Assembly (NCBI GenBank): GCA_963833225.1
Contig: CAWHXD010000007.1
Location: forward strand, 256,001 to 320,000
Direction of reading: 5' to 3'
DNA length: 64,000 nucleotides
Origin: an uncultured Chloroflexia bacterium
Lineage (GTDB): Bacteria; Chloroflexota; Limnocylindria; Limnocylindrales; CSP1-4
A program made the position numbers and the translations under genes. Numbering within the stretch: position 1 is the first letter of the stretch; every line of letters begins with the position of its first letter. The notes beneath the pieces are model-generated. The model did not search any database, was not told the DNA's origin, and saw only the letters and a list, made by a program, of their open reading frames with translations. This document shows positions 52,858 to 62,557 of the stretch, piece after piece.

Positions 52858-53709
52858 GTGAAGATTGCGCTGGTGATCGCCCCACAGGGGGCCCAGCCGT
52901 CCGCGTTCGTCGTCTTTCGCGACCGACTCGAGACGAGCATTCGCAAGGCGGCAAGGCTCGGTTACGACGGAGTCGAGCTCGCCCTGAGCGAGGCGAGCGA
53001 CATCGATGTGCCTCACGTCCGATCGTTGCTCCGCGAGAGCGGCATGGCCGTGTCGGCCGTTTCCACAGGTCGTGTCTTTGCCGAGCAGCGAGTCTGGCTG
53101 ACGAATCCCGACCCTGGGGTCCGGGCCCGTGCCGTCGAGATCATCAAGAACCTGATCGACGTGGCGGTGGAGATCGGAGCGACGCGCGTCAACATCGGCC
53201 GGGTGCGTGGCTTCGTTCCCGAAAGCGAGGCCCTCGAGACGGCCGAGGGGCGCTTCTTCGAGGCCATCGGCGAATGTGCCGGTTACGCAGCACCCCGCGA
53301 TGTCACGATCGTCATCGAGCCCGTCAACCGCTACGAGATCAACTACATCAACAGCGTCCTGCCGGATGGCATCGACGTCGTCTCCCGGATCGGCCTGCCG
53401 AACGTCAAGCTCATGCCCGACGTGTTCCACATGAATATCGAGGACGCGTCGATCGCCGGAAGCCTCGTCGCGGCCGGCCCCCTCGTCGGGTACGTCCACC
53501 TTGCCGACAGCAATCGCTGGGCGCCTGGTCAGGGTCACACGGACTTCGAAGCCATCGCTGGGGCGCTGGCAACGATCGGCTACGACGACTGGGTGGCGGT
53601 GGAGATCCTCCCGTACCCGATGGCGGACGAGGCGGCGGCGCAGGCGATCGCCTACGTCCGGCCACTCTTCCCGCGTCGGCCGCCCATGGCAACCCCAACC
53701 CGCGGCTGA
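52858..53709 (+). CDS. Sugar phosphate isomerase/epimerase (IolO / ketose 3-epimerase-like TIM barrel)
   Basis: GYDGVEL, IEPVNRYE, DVFHMNIE, HLADSNR.APGQGH.DF. Confidence 0.9.
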   Translation: MKIALVIAPQGAQPSAFVVFRDRLETSIRKAARLGYDGVELALSEASDIDVPHVRSLLRESGMAVSAVSTGRVFAEQRVWLTNPDPGVRARAVEIIKNLIDVAVEIGATRVNIGRVRGFVPESEALETAEGRFFEAIGECAGYAAPRDVTIVIEPVNRYEINYINSVLPDGIDVVSRIGLPNVKLMPDVFHMNIEDASIAGSLVAAGPLVGYVHLADSNRWAPGQGHTDFEAIAGALATIGYDDWVAVEILPYPMADEAAAQAIAYVRPLFPRRPPMATPTRG

Positions 53710-53734
53710 CGTTGCCTCGCCTGGGGCGAGGGTA

Positions 53735-53749
53735 AACTGGTATACCGGT
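53735..53749. promoter_or_regulatory. FadR/GntR-type operator AACTGGTATACCGGT
   Basis: Upstream of the aminotransferase operon; matches 51801 site at 14/15. Confidence 0.7.
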
Positions 53750-53853
53750 AGCCCGCGCGTCAACAGCAACAGACCTGGCGACGTTCAGGGGCCGACAGAT
53801 TGTGGTGGAGGCGGTACCGCGGCCGCCCCGCCCAAGGGTGATGGAGAGGCGCA

Positions 53854-55179
53854 ATGACATCCACGAGCCGTTCGATGGCAGCCTCAAGTCAGATGGCCGT
53901 TCGCGCCCTCGAGGTGATGCCCGGGCCACACAGCAACCTGCCCGGCTACGAGCTCTTCCGGCCGATCTGGATCGATCGAGGCAGTGGAGCCCACCTGTGG
54001 GACGTCGATGGGAACGAATACTTCGACTACATGTGCGGTCTCGGCGCTGGAACCATGGGCTACGGCAACAAGATCGTGCTCGACGCCGTGCATGAACAGC
54101 TCGATCGTCTCCCGTACCTCGATGCCGCTCGCCGGAACCCCGGGGAGATCGCGCTCGCCGAGAAGATCATCGAGCACATCCCGAGCGCAGAGAAGGTGCG
54201 CTACCTCCTGTCCGGCACGGAGGCTGTGCAGCTGGTGATCCGTCTCGCGCGTGCCTACACCGGGCGCAACGTGTTCATCCGCTTCGACGGCCACTATCAC
54301 GGATGGGTCGACAACGTGTTCGGCGGCGGCGTTGATCCGGAACCCGCCGGTCCGCCGCATGCCCTGTACCGGGACGACGATCTGTTTGCCTCGAAGGGTC
54401 GGGATGTTCCTTCCGCGGCGCAGTCCTACAAGCTGCCGTGGAATGACATCGATGTCCTCGAGGACACGCTCAGGAAGTACGGTGACCAGGTCGCCCTGAT
54501 CATCATGGAGCCGATCAACGCGAACGGCGGCTCCTGCTATCCGAAGCCGGGGTACCTGGAGCGCGTGCGAGAGCTGTGCGACGAGTACGGCATCGTCCTC
54601 TGCTTCGACGAGATCATCACCGGGTTCCGCGTCGGTCTGAATGGCGCCCAGGGCCTCCTTGGCGTCACCCCCGATCTCACGACGTTCGGCAAGGGCGTGG
54701 CTGGCGGGACGCCGATCTCGGTCGTGTGCGGGAAGGCAGAGATCATGAACCTGTGTGCCGACCGCACGGTCGTCGGCGCCGGGACGTTCAACGGCTATCC
54801 GTTGGGGGTTGCCGCGGCGCTCGCGACGATCTCGTACGTGGAGCGGGACGGCGGAGCCTTCTTCAGGAACATGGCCACAGTTCAGGCCCGCCTCGTCGCC
54901 GGGCAACACGAGATCGCCGAGCGGCACGGCGAGCGGATGCTGATCCAGGATTGTCCCGGCGTGATGATGTTCTACCCGGCGGATCTTGATCGGGCGTGGA
55001 ACATCAGCGAGTGGTACACGATCGCGGACCATGCCAAGGGCGAGCGCATCCGATCCCTCCTGTTCGAGCGCGGCGTCCTGACCCTGTTCCGCGGTCGCTG
55101 GTTCTTCTCCGGCTCCCACACCAACGAGGACGTGGACAGATCGCTCGAGATCCTCGACGGCGTGATGACTGACCTGTAG
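53854..55179 (+). CDS. Class III PLP aminotransferase (glutamate-1-semialdehyde aminomutase-like)
   Basis: WDVDGNEY.D, SGTEA, YHG, FDEIITGFR, TFGK, GTFNG. Confidence 0.92.
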   Translation: MTSTSRSMAASSQMAVRALEVMPGPHSNLPGYELFRPIWIDRGSGAHLWDVDGNEYFDYMCGLGAGTMGYGNKIVLDAVHEQLDRLPYLDAARRNPGEIALAEKIIEHIPSAEKVRYLLSGTEAVQLVIRLARAYTGRNVFIRFDGHYHGWVDNVFGGGVDPEPAGPPHALYRDDDLFASKGRDVPSAAQSYKLPWNDIDVLEDTLRKYGDQVALIIMEPINANGGSCYPKPGYLERVRELCDEYGIVLCFDEIITGFRVGLNGAQGLLGVTPDLTTFGKGVAGGTPISVVCGKAEIMNLCADRTVVGAGTFNGYPLGVAAALATISYVERDGGAFFRNMATVQARLVAGQHEIAERHGERMLIQDCPGVMMFYPADLDRAWNISEWYTIADHAKGERIRSLLFERGVLTLFRGRWFFSGSHTNEDVDRSLEILDGVMTDL

Positions 55180-55186
55180 TCCCGAG

Positions 55187-56272
55187 ATGGAGGTCCTTCC
55201 CCCGCGGTCGGTCCGCGAGGGCACGCCACGCGCCGCGCAGGCGCCTGATGCGGCGTCCGTGTGGCGGCGCTTCCGCCCAAACACGCGCCAACGCGTGGAC
55301 ACGCTCCCGTTCCATGCCGAGTATCCGGAGTTGCTCCACAACTCAGAAACGCTCGCCTACCTGATCCGCAGCTACACGGTCTGGGAGATGACCTGCGGCG
55401 CGCTCGGACACCCGGGAGGCAGCTTCTCCGAGGCCGAGTTGCTCGCCGTCCTGTTCAATCACGTGCTCCGGTTTGACGGTGGAGATCCCGAATGGCGCAT
55501 GCGAGATGTCTTCTACCTGTCCAAGGCCCACGCATGCCCCGCGCTCTATACGGTCCTCGCCTTGTTCGGCTACTTCCCCATCGAACGACTCAGGTACTAC
55601 GGTACCTGGGGCTCGGGCCTCGAGAGCCACCCTGACTCGACCCTCACGCCGGGGATCGAGGTCAGCGGCGGGTCGCTGGGGCAGATCCCGGGCGTGGCCG
55701 TCGGCCGGGCGCTGGGGCTCCGGTTCAATGGCCCCGACCACAACGACCGCATGGTCTACGCCCTCCTCGGCGATGGCGAGTGCCAGGAAGGGTCGGTGTG
55801 GGAGGCGTTCATGGCTGCCGGCCATTACAGGCTTGACAACCTCGTGTTCATCATCGATTACAACAAGGTTGAGGCGAAGGGCTTCATCAGCCAGGACATG
55901 GGTCTCGAGCCGCTGGCCGACAAGCTCCGCGCGTTCAACCTCGACGTCTACGAGACCCGGAATGGACATGACGTTGCCGAGCTCGTCGACCTGTTCACAG
56001 GCATTGCGACGCGGCGCCGCGGCAAGCCGATTGCCGTGATCCTCAACTCGGTGAAGGGCAAGAAGATCAGAGACGCCCAGTACAACCCGAACTGGCATAC
56101 ATCGGCCCCGAGAAACGCCGAGGCCGGTGGGGCCTGGATCGACGAGCTGTGGGAGATGGACGGCAGACGCCTGGGCGTTCCCCGCGGGTTTGCCGACGTG
56201 CTGAAGGCTGCGATTGAGGTCGTACCCCCCGTCCACGAGGCGGTCGACCCGATCACCGACCGACAGCAGTAG
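55187..56272 (+). CDS. Transketolase-like N-terminal (TPP-binding) subunit
   Basis: GHPGGSFS, SKAHA.P, GSLGQ, GDGECQEGSVWEA, KGK. Confidence 0.9.
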   Translation: MEVLPPRSVREGTPRAAQAPDAASVWRRFRPNTRQRVDTLPFHAEYPELLHNSETLAYLIRSYTVWEMTCGALGHPGGSFSEAELLAVLFNHVLRFDGGDPEWRMRDVFYLSKAHACPALYTVLALFGYFPIERLRYYGTWGSGLESHPDSTLTPGIEVSGGSLGQIPGVAVGRALGLRFNGPDHNDRMVYALLGDGECQEGSVWEAFMAAGHYRLDNLVFIIDYNKVEAKGFISQDMGLEPLADKLRAFNLDVYETRNGHDVAELVDLFTGIATRRRGKPIAVILNSVKGKKIRDAQYNPNWHTSAPRNAEAGGAWIDELWEMDGRRLGVPRGFADVLKAAIEVVPPVHEAVDPITDRQQ

Positions 56273-56285
56273 GAGTACGGCCGCC

Positions 56286-57326
56286 GTGGCTCAGTTCACC
56301 CTGCCGGACCGCACCAAAACCAAGGAGATGCGCTATCAGATGGGGTACGCGCTCGCGGATCTGGCGGAGGAGTATCCGAATATCGTCGCCCTCGACGGGG
56401 ACCTTCGAAGCTCAACAGGCATCCACATCTTCGAGCACCTGCATCCGGGAAATCTGGTCAAGTGCGGGATCGCCGAGCAGAACCTCATCGCGATGTCCGC
56501 CGGGCTTTCCCAGGAGGGCTACATCCCATTCCCCTGCACGTTCGATGCGTTCAGCCGGCGATTCCTCGACCAGCTGTACGTGACCGTCGCGTACAGCAAC
56601 CTCAATGTGAAGGTCCTCGGGGCCTACGCCGGCTTGTTCACCGGCAAGGCAGGGGCGACTCACCAGAGCGACAAGGAGCTTGGGACCCTGCTGCGTGTGC
56701 CGGGCCTCACGATCGTCGAGCCGGGCTGCAACCTCGAGATGCGCCAGGCCCTGCGCGTGGCGGTCGAGACGCCGGGACCCTTCTACCTGCGGATCGTCCG
56801 CTGCGAGGTCGAGGAGAACGAGATCTTCGACGGTTACGAGTTCAAGCTGGGCACCGGTGTCACGGTGTCGGACAGCGGGTCCGACATCGGGCTCATCTCG
56901 ACGGGCTTCATGCTCCACACCGCTCGCCTGGCGGCCGAGAAGCTCCGCGCAAACGGGATAGGCGTTCGCCACGATCACCACCCGAGCCTCAAGCCGTTCG
57001 ATCGGGAGCGGCTCTACGACTTGTCGGGGCGGGTCTCGGCGCTGATCACGCTGGAGAATCACTGCACGAGCGGGGGACTCCATTCGTTGGCTGCTGAGGC
57101 GCTCGTCGCACGCGGCATCGGCGTTCCCGTGGGCGCAATTGGCACCGACCCGGAGGATTTCATCCACACCGGTCACGTGAACGATCTGCTCTGGCGCTAC
57201 CGGATGTCATCGGACCATGTCGTCGAACTCGCGCAATCGATGCTCCGCGGCACGTACGGGGGAGTCGAGCCGGTGGTGACGTCGCCACCTGCGAACCAGT
57301 CGCGGCACCGACCAAACAGGAGGTAG
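56286..57326 (+). CDS. Transketolase-like C-terminal subunit
   Basis: GIAEQN, GATHQ, GPFYLR, ENH...GGL; AGGAG RBS. Confidence 0.9.
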   Translation: MAQFTLPDRTKTKEMRYQMGYALADLAEEYPNIVALDGDLRSSTGIHIFEHLHPGNLVKCGIAEQNLIAMSAGLSQEGYIPFPCTFDAFSRRFLDQLYVTVAYSNLNVKVLGAYAGLFTGKAGATHQSDKELGTLLRVPGLTIVEPGCNLEMRQALRVAVETPGPFYLRIVRCEVEENEIFDGYEFKLGTGVTVSDSGSDIGLISTGFMLHTARLAAEKLRANGIGVRHDHHPSLKPFDRERLYDLSGRVSALITLENHCTSGGLHSLAAEALVARGIGVPVGAIGTDPEDFIHTGHVNDLLWRYRMSSDHVVELAQSMLRGTYGGVEPVVTSPPANQSRHRPNRR

Positions 57327-57329
57327 CGC

Positions 57330-58013
57330 ATGGCTGAGCACCAGCCCGGCCCGAGCTCCGGGCCAGGCGAGCTCCGGCGGACAAGCTCCATCCGGCGCGT
57401 GGTCGCCCGGAAGATGACCGAGGCGTGGCGGACGATCCCGGCGGTCACGCTCCATCGGTCGGCCTCATTCGATGCCCTGCTCGAGATCCGAGAACGACTC
57501 GCCGAGGGTGGTCGAAAGGTCGCCATCGACACCCTCCTCAGCAAGCTCACCGCCCTGGCCCTCGCCGAGCACGACCTTCTCAATGGCTCCTGGGTCGAAG
57601 AAGAGCGTGCTGTGCTCGTCCACTTGGACCGGAACATCGCCGTGGCTGTCGACACGCCGGCCGGACTCTCAGCCGTGGTCCTGCGCGCGGCTGACCAGCG
57701 CCCCGTCCTGGAGCTCGATGCCGAACTGCGCGCCATGGTGGCCCGCGCCCGCGAGGGCAAGTCGCGGCCGGACGACGTCTTCGGCGCGACATTCACGCTG
57801 ACGAATCTCGGCGGCCTCGGCGTAGACGCGTTCAGCCCGATCATCACCCTGCCACAGAGCGCGGTCCTCGGGGTGGGGGCAATCCGCGCTCTCCCAGACG
57901 GCACGAGGTCGATCACGCTCTCGTTGACCTTCGACCACAGGGTTGCGGATGGCGCCGACGCCGCCCGCTTCCTCGGGCGTCTGGCTGAGTTGATCAGGAC
58001 ACCAGAGATCTGA
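57330..58013 (+). CDS. Stand-alone dihydrolipoamide acyltransferase (E2) catalytic domain
   Basis: RR..ARKM, AVDT..GL, TFTLTNLG, FSPII, LTFDHRVADG; no lipoyl or E3-binding domain. Confidence 0.9.
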   Translation: MAEHQPGPSSGPGELRRTSSIRRVVARKMTEAWRTIPAVTLHRSASFDALLEIRERLAEGGRKVAIDTLLSKLTALALAEHDLLNGSWVEEERAVLVHLDRNIAVAVDTPAGLSAVVLRAADQRPVLELDAELRAMVARAREGKSRPDDVFGATFTLTNLGGLGVDAFSPIITLPQSAVLGVGAIRALPDGTRSITLSLTFDHRVADGADAARFLGRLAELIRTPEI

Positions 58014-58158
58014 TGGCCCAGATTGCGGCAGACTGTCGCGGACTGGCCAGCAGACGTCCTGTTGGTCCCTCGGCGCCAGCTCATCGTTGGCGAGACGCCG
58101 CCCGCGGCTCCGACGGGCCAAGCGTGGAAGCGTGACGGATGCAGATCGGGAGCGCAGC

Positions 58159-58905
58159 ATGACCGCCACCCTACCCGGGTTCGAGCCGCTCGAACTCAGC
58201 GCCCGCGAGCCGCTCACGTCCGAGGTCACTCGCCGTTTGCTCGACCACATCCTGTCCGGGACGGTGAAGGCGGGTGAGCGCATGCCTTCCGAGCGGAAGC
58301 TTGCCGAGGCGCTCGGTGTCGGGCGCGCGATCGTCCGGCAAGCCCTCAAGTCGCTGACGTTGCTCGGGCTCCTCGAGGTCCGACAGGGCAACGGCACGTA
58401 CCTGCGTCGGACGGATTCCCCGTTCCTGCCGGTCGCGATCGAATGGGGTCTGCTGCTCGGCGCGAGAAACGCAACAGATCTCGTCGAAGCGCGCCATCAC
58501 CTGGAGGTCGTGCTTGCGGGTCTGGCCGCCGAGCGCCGGGACGAGGTGACGCTCGACGAGATGCGACGGACGGCGGCGGCGATGTCGGAGACGACCGACC
58601 CAGACGAGTTCATCGCCGCGGATCTCGCCTTCCACACGGCGATGGCCGAGGCCGCCGGCAACCAGATGCTGCTCCAGATCATGACGAGCATCCGGACACT
58701 GCTCCAGGTCTGGATCGGTCGCGTGGTCCGTAAGTCGCCGGAGCCCGGCGCGACGGCGTCCGAACACCATGCCATCCTGCTAGCGATCGAAATGCACGAC
58801 GCACCGGCGGCTCGGAAGGCGATGGAGGGCCACATGGCGCACGCGACGACACGCCTTCAGCGGACGCTGGCTGAGCGCGATGGGGCCGACGAGCGCGGAG
58901 CCTGA
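58159..58905 (+). CDS. FadR/GntR family regulator
   Basis: MPSERKLAEALGVGR..VRQAL HTH; FCD domain D.AFH...H. Confidence 0.92.
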   Translation: MTATLPGFEPLELSAREPLTSEVTRRLLDHILSGTVKAGERMPSERKLAEALGVGRAIVRQALKSLTLLGLLEVRQGNGTYLRRTDSPFLPVAIEWGLLLGARNATDLVEARHHLEVVLAGLAAERRDEVTLDEMRRTAAAMSETTDPDEFIAADLAFHTAMAEAAGNQMLLQIMTSIRTLLQVWIGRVVRKSPEPGATASEHHAILLAIEMHDAPAARKAMEGHMAHATTRLQRTLAERDGADERGA

Positions 58906-59026
58906 CTCGGGTCGCGCCGAAGCCTGTATCGCACTCGGCAGGCCACTCTCGTCAGGTGCTCCGCGATTCATGACCCATCGGCAGCCGCCCGCCCACGGCG
59001 CCCGGCGAGCCGACCCCGAACGTGGG

Positions 59027-59072
59027 TTGACACTGCGCCGCGACAGGGCTACGGTGCGAATGGTTGACCGGT
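59027..59072 (+). promoter_or_regulatory. Sigma70-type promoter TTGACA-17-TACGGT plus operator GAATGGTTGACCGGT
   Basis: -35 at 59027-32, -10 at 59050-55, operator 59058-72 upstream of the ABC operon. Confidence 0.7.
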
Positions 59073-59132
59073 AGCCCGCCGTCGGAGCGTCCTCCCGAGC
59101 CAGGTCGGCACACTCGGTCCGCAAGTTGAGGT

Positions 59133-60539
59133 GTGAGCGTGTCTCGACTCCGTGCTCGTGATGGGGAGGGGTATACCCGTATTGCCGCACTCATCGTCAT
59201 CGTGGCCATCGTCACCGCGGCCTGCGGATCGGCGGCGGCCACACCCACGCCGCAACCCACGGTGACGCCAACCGAGGCCAGCTCAGGCTCGGCCCCGGCG
59301 ACACCTGAGGCCGCACCGACGCTGGCGCCGGCGACGCTGGAGGTATGGCTCGGCGGGATCCTGACCACCGCGACACCGGGGTCCGACGCCAGAAAATGGG
59401 TCGATCAGCAGATCGACCGATTCAAGGCGGCGTTCCCCGGTTCGGATGTGAACATCAGCCTGTTGCCTTCCAACAATGATCAGCTCGCGGCACAGGTGCA
59501 GGCAGCCTACGCTGCCCACAACGTGCCCGACGTCATGATGCTCTACTCCGGCTCGTACACCCTCGCGTACCAATCCGGCCTGATGCCCCTCAACAAGTAC
59601 GTAGACGCGACCCCGGGCTTCTACGATTCGATGTCCCTCTGGGATCTGTCCTGCAAGGACTTCGACTGTCAGGGTGGCAAGGGAACGATCTATGCCGTTC
59701 CAAGCGATGCCTACTCATTCCTCCTCTACTACAATCAAAGCCTCCTGACCAAGGCCGGGATCGCGGGCCCTCCGACCACGTATGACGAGCTCTACGCGGA
59801 TTGTGAAAAGCTCAACGCGCAGGGCCTGACGCCATTCGTCTACGGCGATCAGGATGGCTACACGACAGTCAATCTCCTTGTCGACAACATCATCTCCTAT
59901 TGGGAACCAGGAGATGTCCAGAAGTTTGAGCAAGGACAGCTCAAGTTCACGGATGCCAAGTGGGTTGACGCCCTCAAGCCCATCCTCGCGATGCGCACCC
60001 ACAACTGCGTGAACAACGACGCGTCTACCCTGGAACAGCTGCACTCAGCGGACCTGTTCACGTCGCAGCAGGGGGCGATGTTTGAGGGCCAGCCACAATT
60101 CCTGCCTTACTTCAAGTCAATCTACGACCAGATCGGCGTTACGAAGTTGCCGCGGTCTGGGAACGGGCCGCTGTCGAGCGGTGTGATCGGTTCGTCGGGA
60201 GACGACTGGATGATCCCCGCAGATTCCAAGAACCCTGATCTCGCCTGGGAGCTGATCAAGATGTTCTCGGATGAGACGGCGGGATCGTCGATGATCGACC
60301 TCCTCGGATCCCCGCCGTGCAACGTCGCGGCGCAGGCGACGATCCAGGACGCGCACGTTCAGGCGGCCTTCGATCTCATCAAGACGGCAACGATGGTGGA
60401 GATGGACATCGTCATGTCCCAGGGGACGGCGCTCTTCCTCTACAAGCACCTCCAGCTCGCGTTCGCCGGTCAGGAGACTGCCGAGCAGGCAATGCAGGCC
60501 GTCCAGCAATACGTCGACCAGCAGGGCGGTAAGCCGTAG
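59133..60539 (+). CDS. Carbohydrate ABC transporter substrate-binding lipoprotein
   Basis: Lipobox VTAAC, Pro/Thr linker, PDV, G.IYAVP, LYYN..L, PTTYDEL. Confidence 0.9.
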   Translation: MSVSRLRARDGEGYTRIAALIVIVAIVTAACGSAAATPTPQPTVTPTEASSGSAPATPEAAPTLAPATLEVWLGGILTTATPGSDARKWVDQQIDRFKAAFPGSDVNISLLPSNNDQLAAQVQAAYAAHNVPDVMMLYSGSYTLAYQSGLMPLNKYVDATPGFYDSMSLWDLSCKDFDCQGGKGTIYAVPSDAYSFLLYYNQSLLTKAGIAGPPTTYDELYADCEKLNAQGLTPFVYGDQDGYTTVNLLVDNIISYWEPGDVQKFEQGQLKFTDAKWVDALKPILAMRTHNCVNNDASTLEQLHSADLFTSQQGAMFEGQPQFLPYFKSIYDQIGVTKLPRSGNGPLSSGVIGSSGDDWMIPADSKNPDLAWELIKMFSDETAGSSMIDLLGSPPCNVAAQATIQDAHVQAAFDLIKTATMVEMDIVMSQGTALFLYKHLQLAFAGQETAEQAMQAVQQYVDQQGGKP

Positions 60540-60547
60540 CTCCCGCC

Positions 60548-61447
60548 ATGGGCCCTGCGCTCGCGCCAATCCGCAAGGGCCCCCGTCGCGCCGAAGCGTG
60601 GTGGGGGCCCATCTATGCTCTTCCGGCCGTCTTCACGGTCGTCGCCTTCATCGGCGTTCCTGCCGTCAGCATGGCCTACCATGCGTTCACCCGATGGAAC
60701 GGCTATAGCGAACCGACGTGGATCGGACTGACCAACTTCGAGTATTTGCTACAGGACCCTCAGTTCTTCATCGCGCTCAGGAACAACTTCCTCTTCGCTA
60801 TCTCGGTGCCGATCCAGTTGGTCGTGCCGCTGGTTCTCGCGTTTCTCATTCATGAGCGGGTCTTTGGCTGGCGCTTCTATCGCTGGACGTACTTCGTTCC
60901 CGCCGTGTATTCGACGGTCGTCGTCGGCCTGCTCGCGAAGATCATCCTCAATGTCAACGGCCCACTCAACGAGGCCCTCGGATCCATCGGCCTACAGAGC
61001 CTTCAGTTCGACTGGCTTCTGAACACACAGACGTCGATCCCAGCCATCCTGCTCGTCGTCGTCTGGGCGAACTTCGGCTACAGCGTCGTCATGTATCTGG
61101 CGGGAATGAGCGGCATCCAGCCTGATCTCCCGGATGCTGCTCGTATCGACGGGGCCGGTCGTTGGCAGGTCCTGCGATACGTTTACGTTCCGGGACTGCG
61201 GCGTGTGATGGAGATTGTTCTCGTCACCAACACGATCACTGCCTTCGCGTACATGTTCACGTATATCTACACCATCACCAACGGCGGTCCTGGCTTCAAC
61301 ACCTACGTCACGGAGCTCCTCATCTACAACAATGCCTTCTCGTTCCAGCGTATGGGTTATGCGAGTGCGATGGGCTTCGTGCTGACCCTTCTGATCTCCG
61401 TGCTCGGCTACTTCTACATCAGGGCTTTGACAGGCGGAAGAGAGTGA
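60548..61447 (+). CDS. Carbohydrate ABC transporter permease
   Basis: IGLTNF, DAARIDGA (EAA loop), GGP, GYASA. Confidence 0.93.
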   Translation: MGPALAPIRKGPRRAEAWWGPIYALPAVFTVVAFIGVPAVSMAYHAFTRWNGYSEPTWIGLTNFEYLLQDPQFFIALRNNFLFAISVPIQLVVPLVLAFLIHERVFGWRFYRWTYFVPAVYSTVVVGLLAKIILNVNGPLNEALGSIGLQSLQFDWLLNTQTSIPAILLVVVWANFGYSVVMYLAGMSGIQPDLPDAARIDGAGRWQVLRYVYVPGLRRVMEIVLVTNTITAFAYMFTYIYTITNGGPGFNTYVTELLIYNNAFSFQRMGYASAMGFVLTLLISVLGYFYIRALTGGRE

Positions 61448-62379
61448 GCGTCAGGACGCGCGCGGCAGACGGGCCGACGCCCGACAACGGATCAACCAGG
61501 GGAGCTGACGGAACCACGGGCTCAAGGGGCGGCGGCCTGTTCGTAGCTGTCCGACGATTCCTGTCACTGCCGGGTCGCTTGTCGTTGGTGGCCGGCATGA
61601 CGCTGCTGGGGATCTCTTCGATCTTCCCTATCTACTTCATGCTGATCAATGCCTTCAAGACGCCTGAGGAGTGGGCGGCGAGCAAGCTGGCACTGCCGAC
61701 TTCGTTGGGGCTCGATCCAATCACCACGGCGTGGGAAGCGACGAACAGCGGCGGATATGTTCTCAATTCGATCATCGTGACTGTTGCCACCATCCTGCTT
61801 TCGATTGTGCTTGCGACAACGGCCGGCTACTCGTTTGCCAAGTTGCGGTGGCGCGGAAGCACCCCGACCTTCTTCTTCCTCCTTGCCTGGATGGCGATCC
61901 CACCTATGTTGCTGATGGTTCCGATCTACGTGGAGATGGTCGATCTGCGGCTGATCAACACCTACTGGTCGGTGGTGCTGCTCTACTCAGCCATCAATCT
62001 GCCGTTCAACGCCTACCTGATGACGGCCTTCTTCCGCGCCATTCCGGATGAGTTGCTCGAAGCTGCCCGCGTCGATGGTGCGAGCGTCCACACGATCTTC
62101 CTGCGCGTGATGGCACCGCTGTCGATTCCGGCGATTGTCACGATCGTGATCTTCAACGTTCTGTACGTCTGGAATGAGTTCGTGTTCGCGCTGCTGCTCC
62201 TGCAACCTGATCGGGTCAAGACCCTCACCCCAGGCCTGCTGCAACTCCAGGGTCGCTTCTTCTTCAACTTCCCGGCCCTCATGGCCGGCCTGCTGCTCGC
62301 CTCGCTGCCGATGGTCGCCGTCTACCTCATCTTCCAGCGCTATCTGGTCCGGGCGATCGCCGCGGGAGCCCTGAAGTAG
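61444..62379 (+). CDS. Carbohydrate ABC transporter permease
   Basis: NS, AGYSFAK, IPDELLEAARVDGA, WNEF, FQRY. Confidence 0.93.
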   Translation: MSVRTRAADGPTPDNGSTRGADGTTGSRGGGLFVAVRRFLSLPGRLSLVAGMTLLGISSIFPIYFMLINAFKTPEEWAASKLALPTSLGLDPITTAWEATNSGGYVLNSIIVTVATILLSIVLATTAGYSFAKLRWRGSTPTFFFLLAWMAIPPMLLMVPIYVEMVDLRLINTYWSVVLLYSAINLPFNAYLMTAFFRAIPDELLEAARVDGASVHTIFLRVMAPLSIPAIVTIVIFNVLYVWNEFVFALLLLQPDRVKTLTPGLLQLQGRFFFNFPALMAGLLLASLPMVAVYLIFQRYLVRAIAAGALK

Positions 62380-62557
62380 CCGCGGCCGTCGCTCCCGCGC
62401 CTAGTCGAGTTCAGGTCGTTGACGTTGGCGGGGCGGAATGCCCGTGGTGTCGCCTTGGGGTGAAGGCTCTCGCCTGACGCGGAACATCGTGCCGGCAGCC
62501 GTCATCGTGCCCGCCACGACAGCCTGGCCAGCCTTCCCCGCGCCCCTGCTGTCGACG

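Noticed and set aside
53854-55179. hemL (and hemE for 47966-49147) as heme biosynthesis genes
   Set aside because: Only family-level similarity; the context is catabolic and no other hem genes are present.
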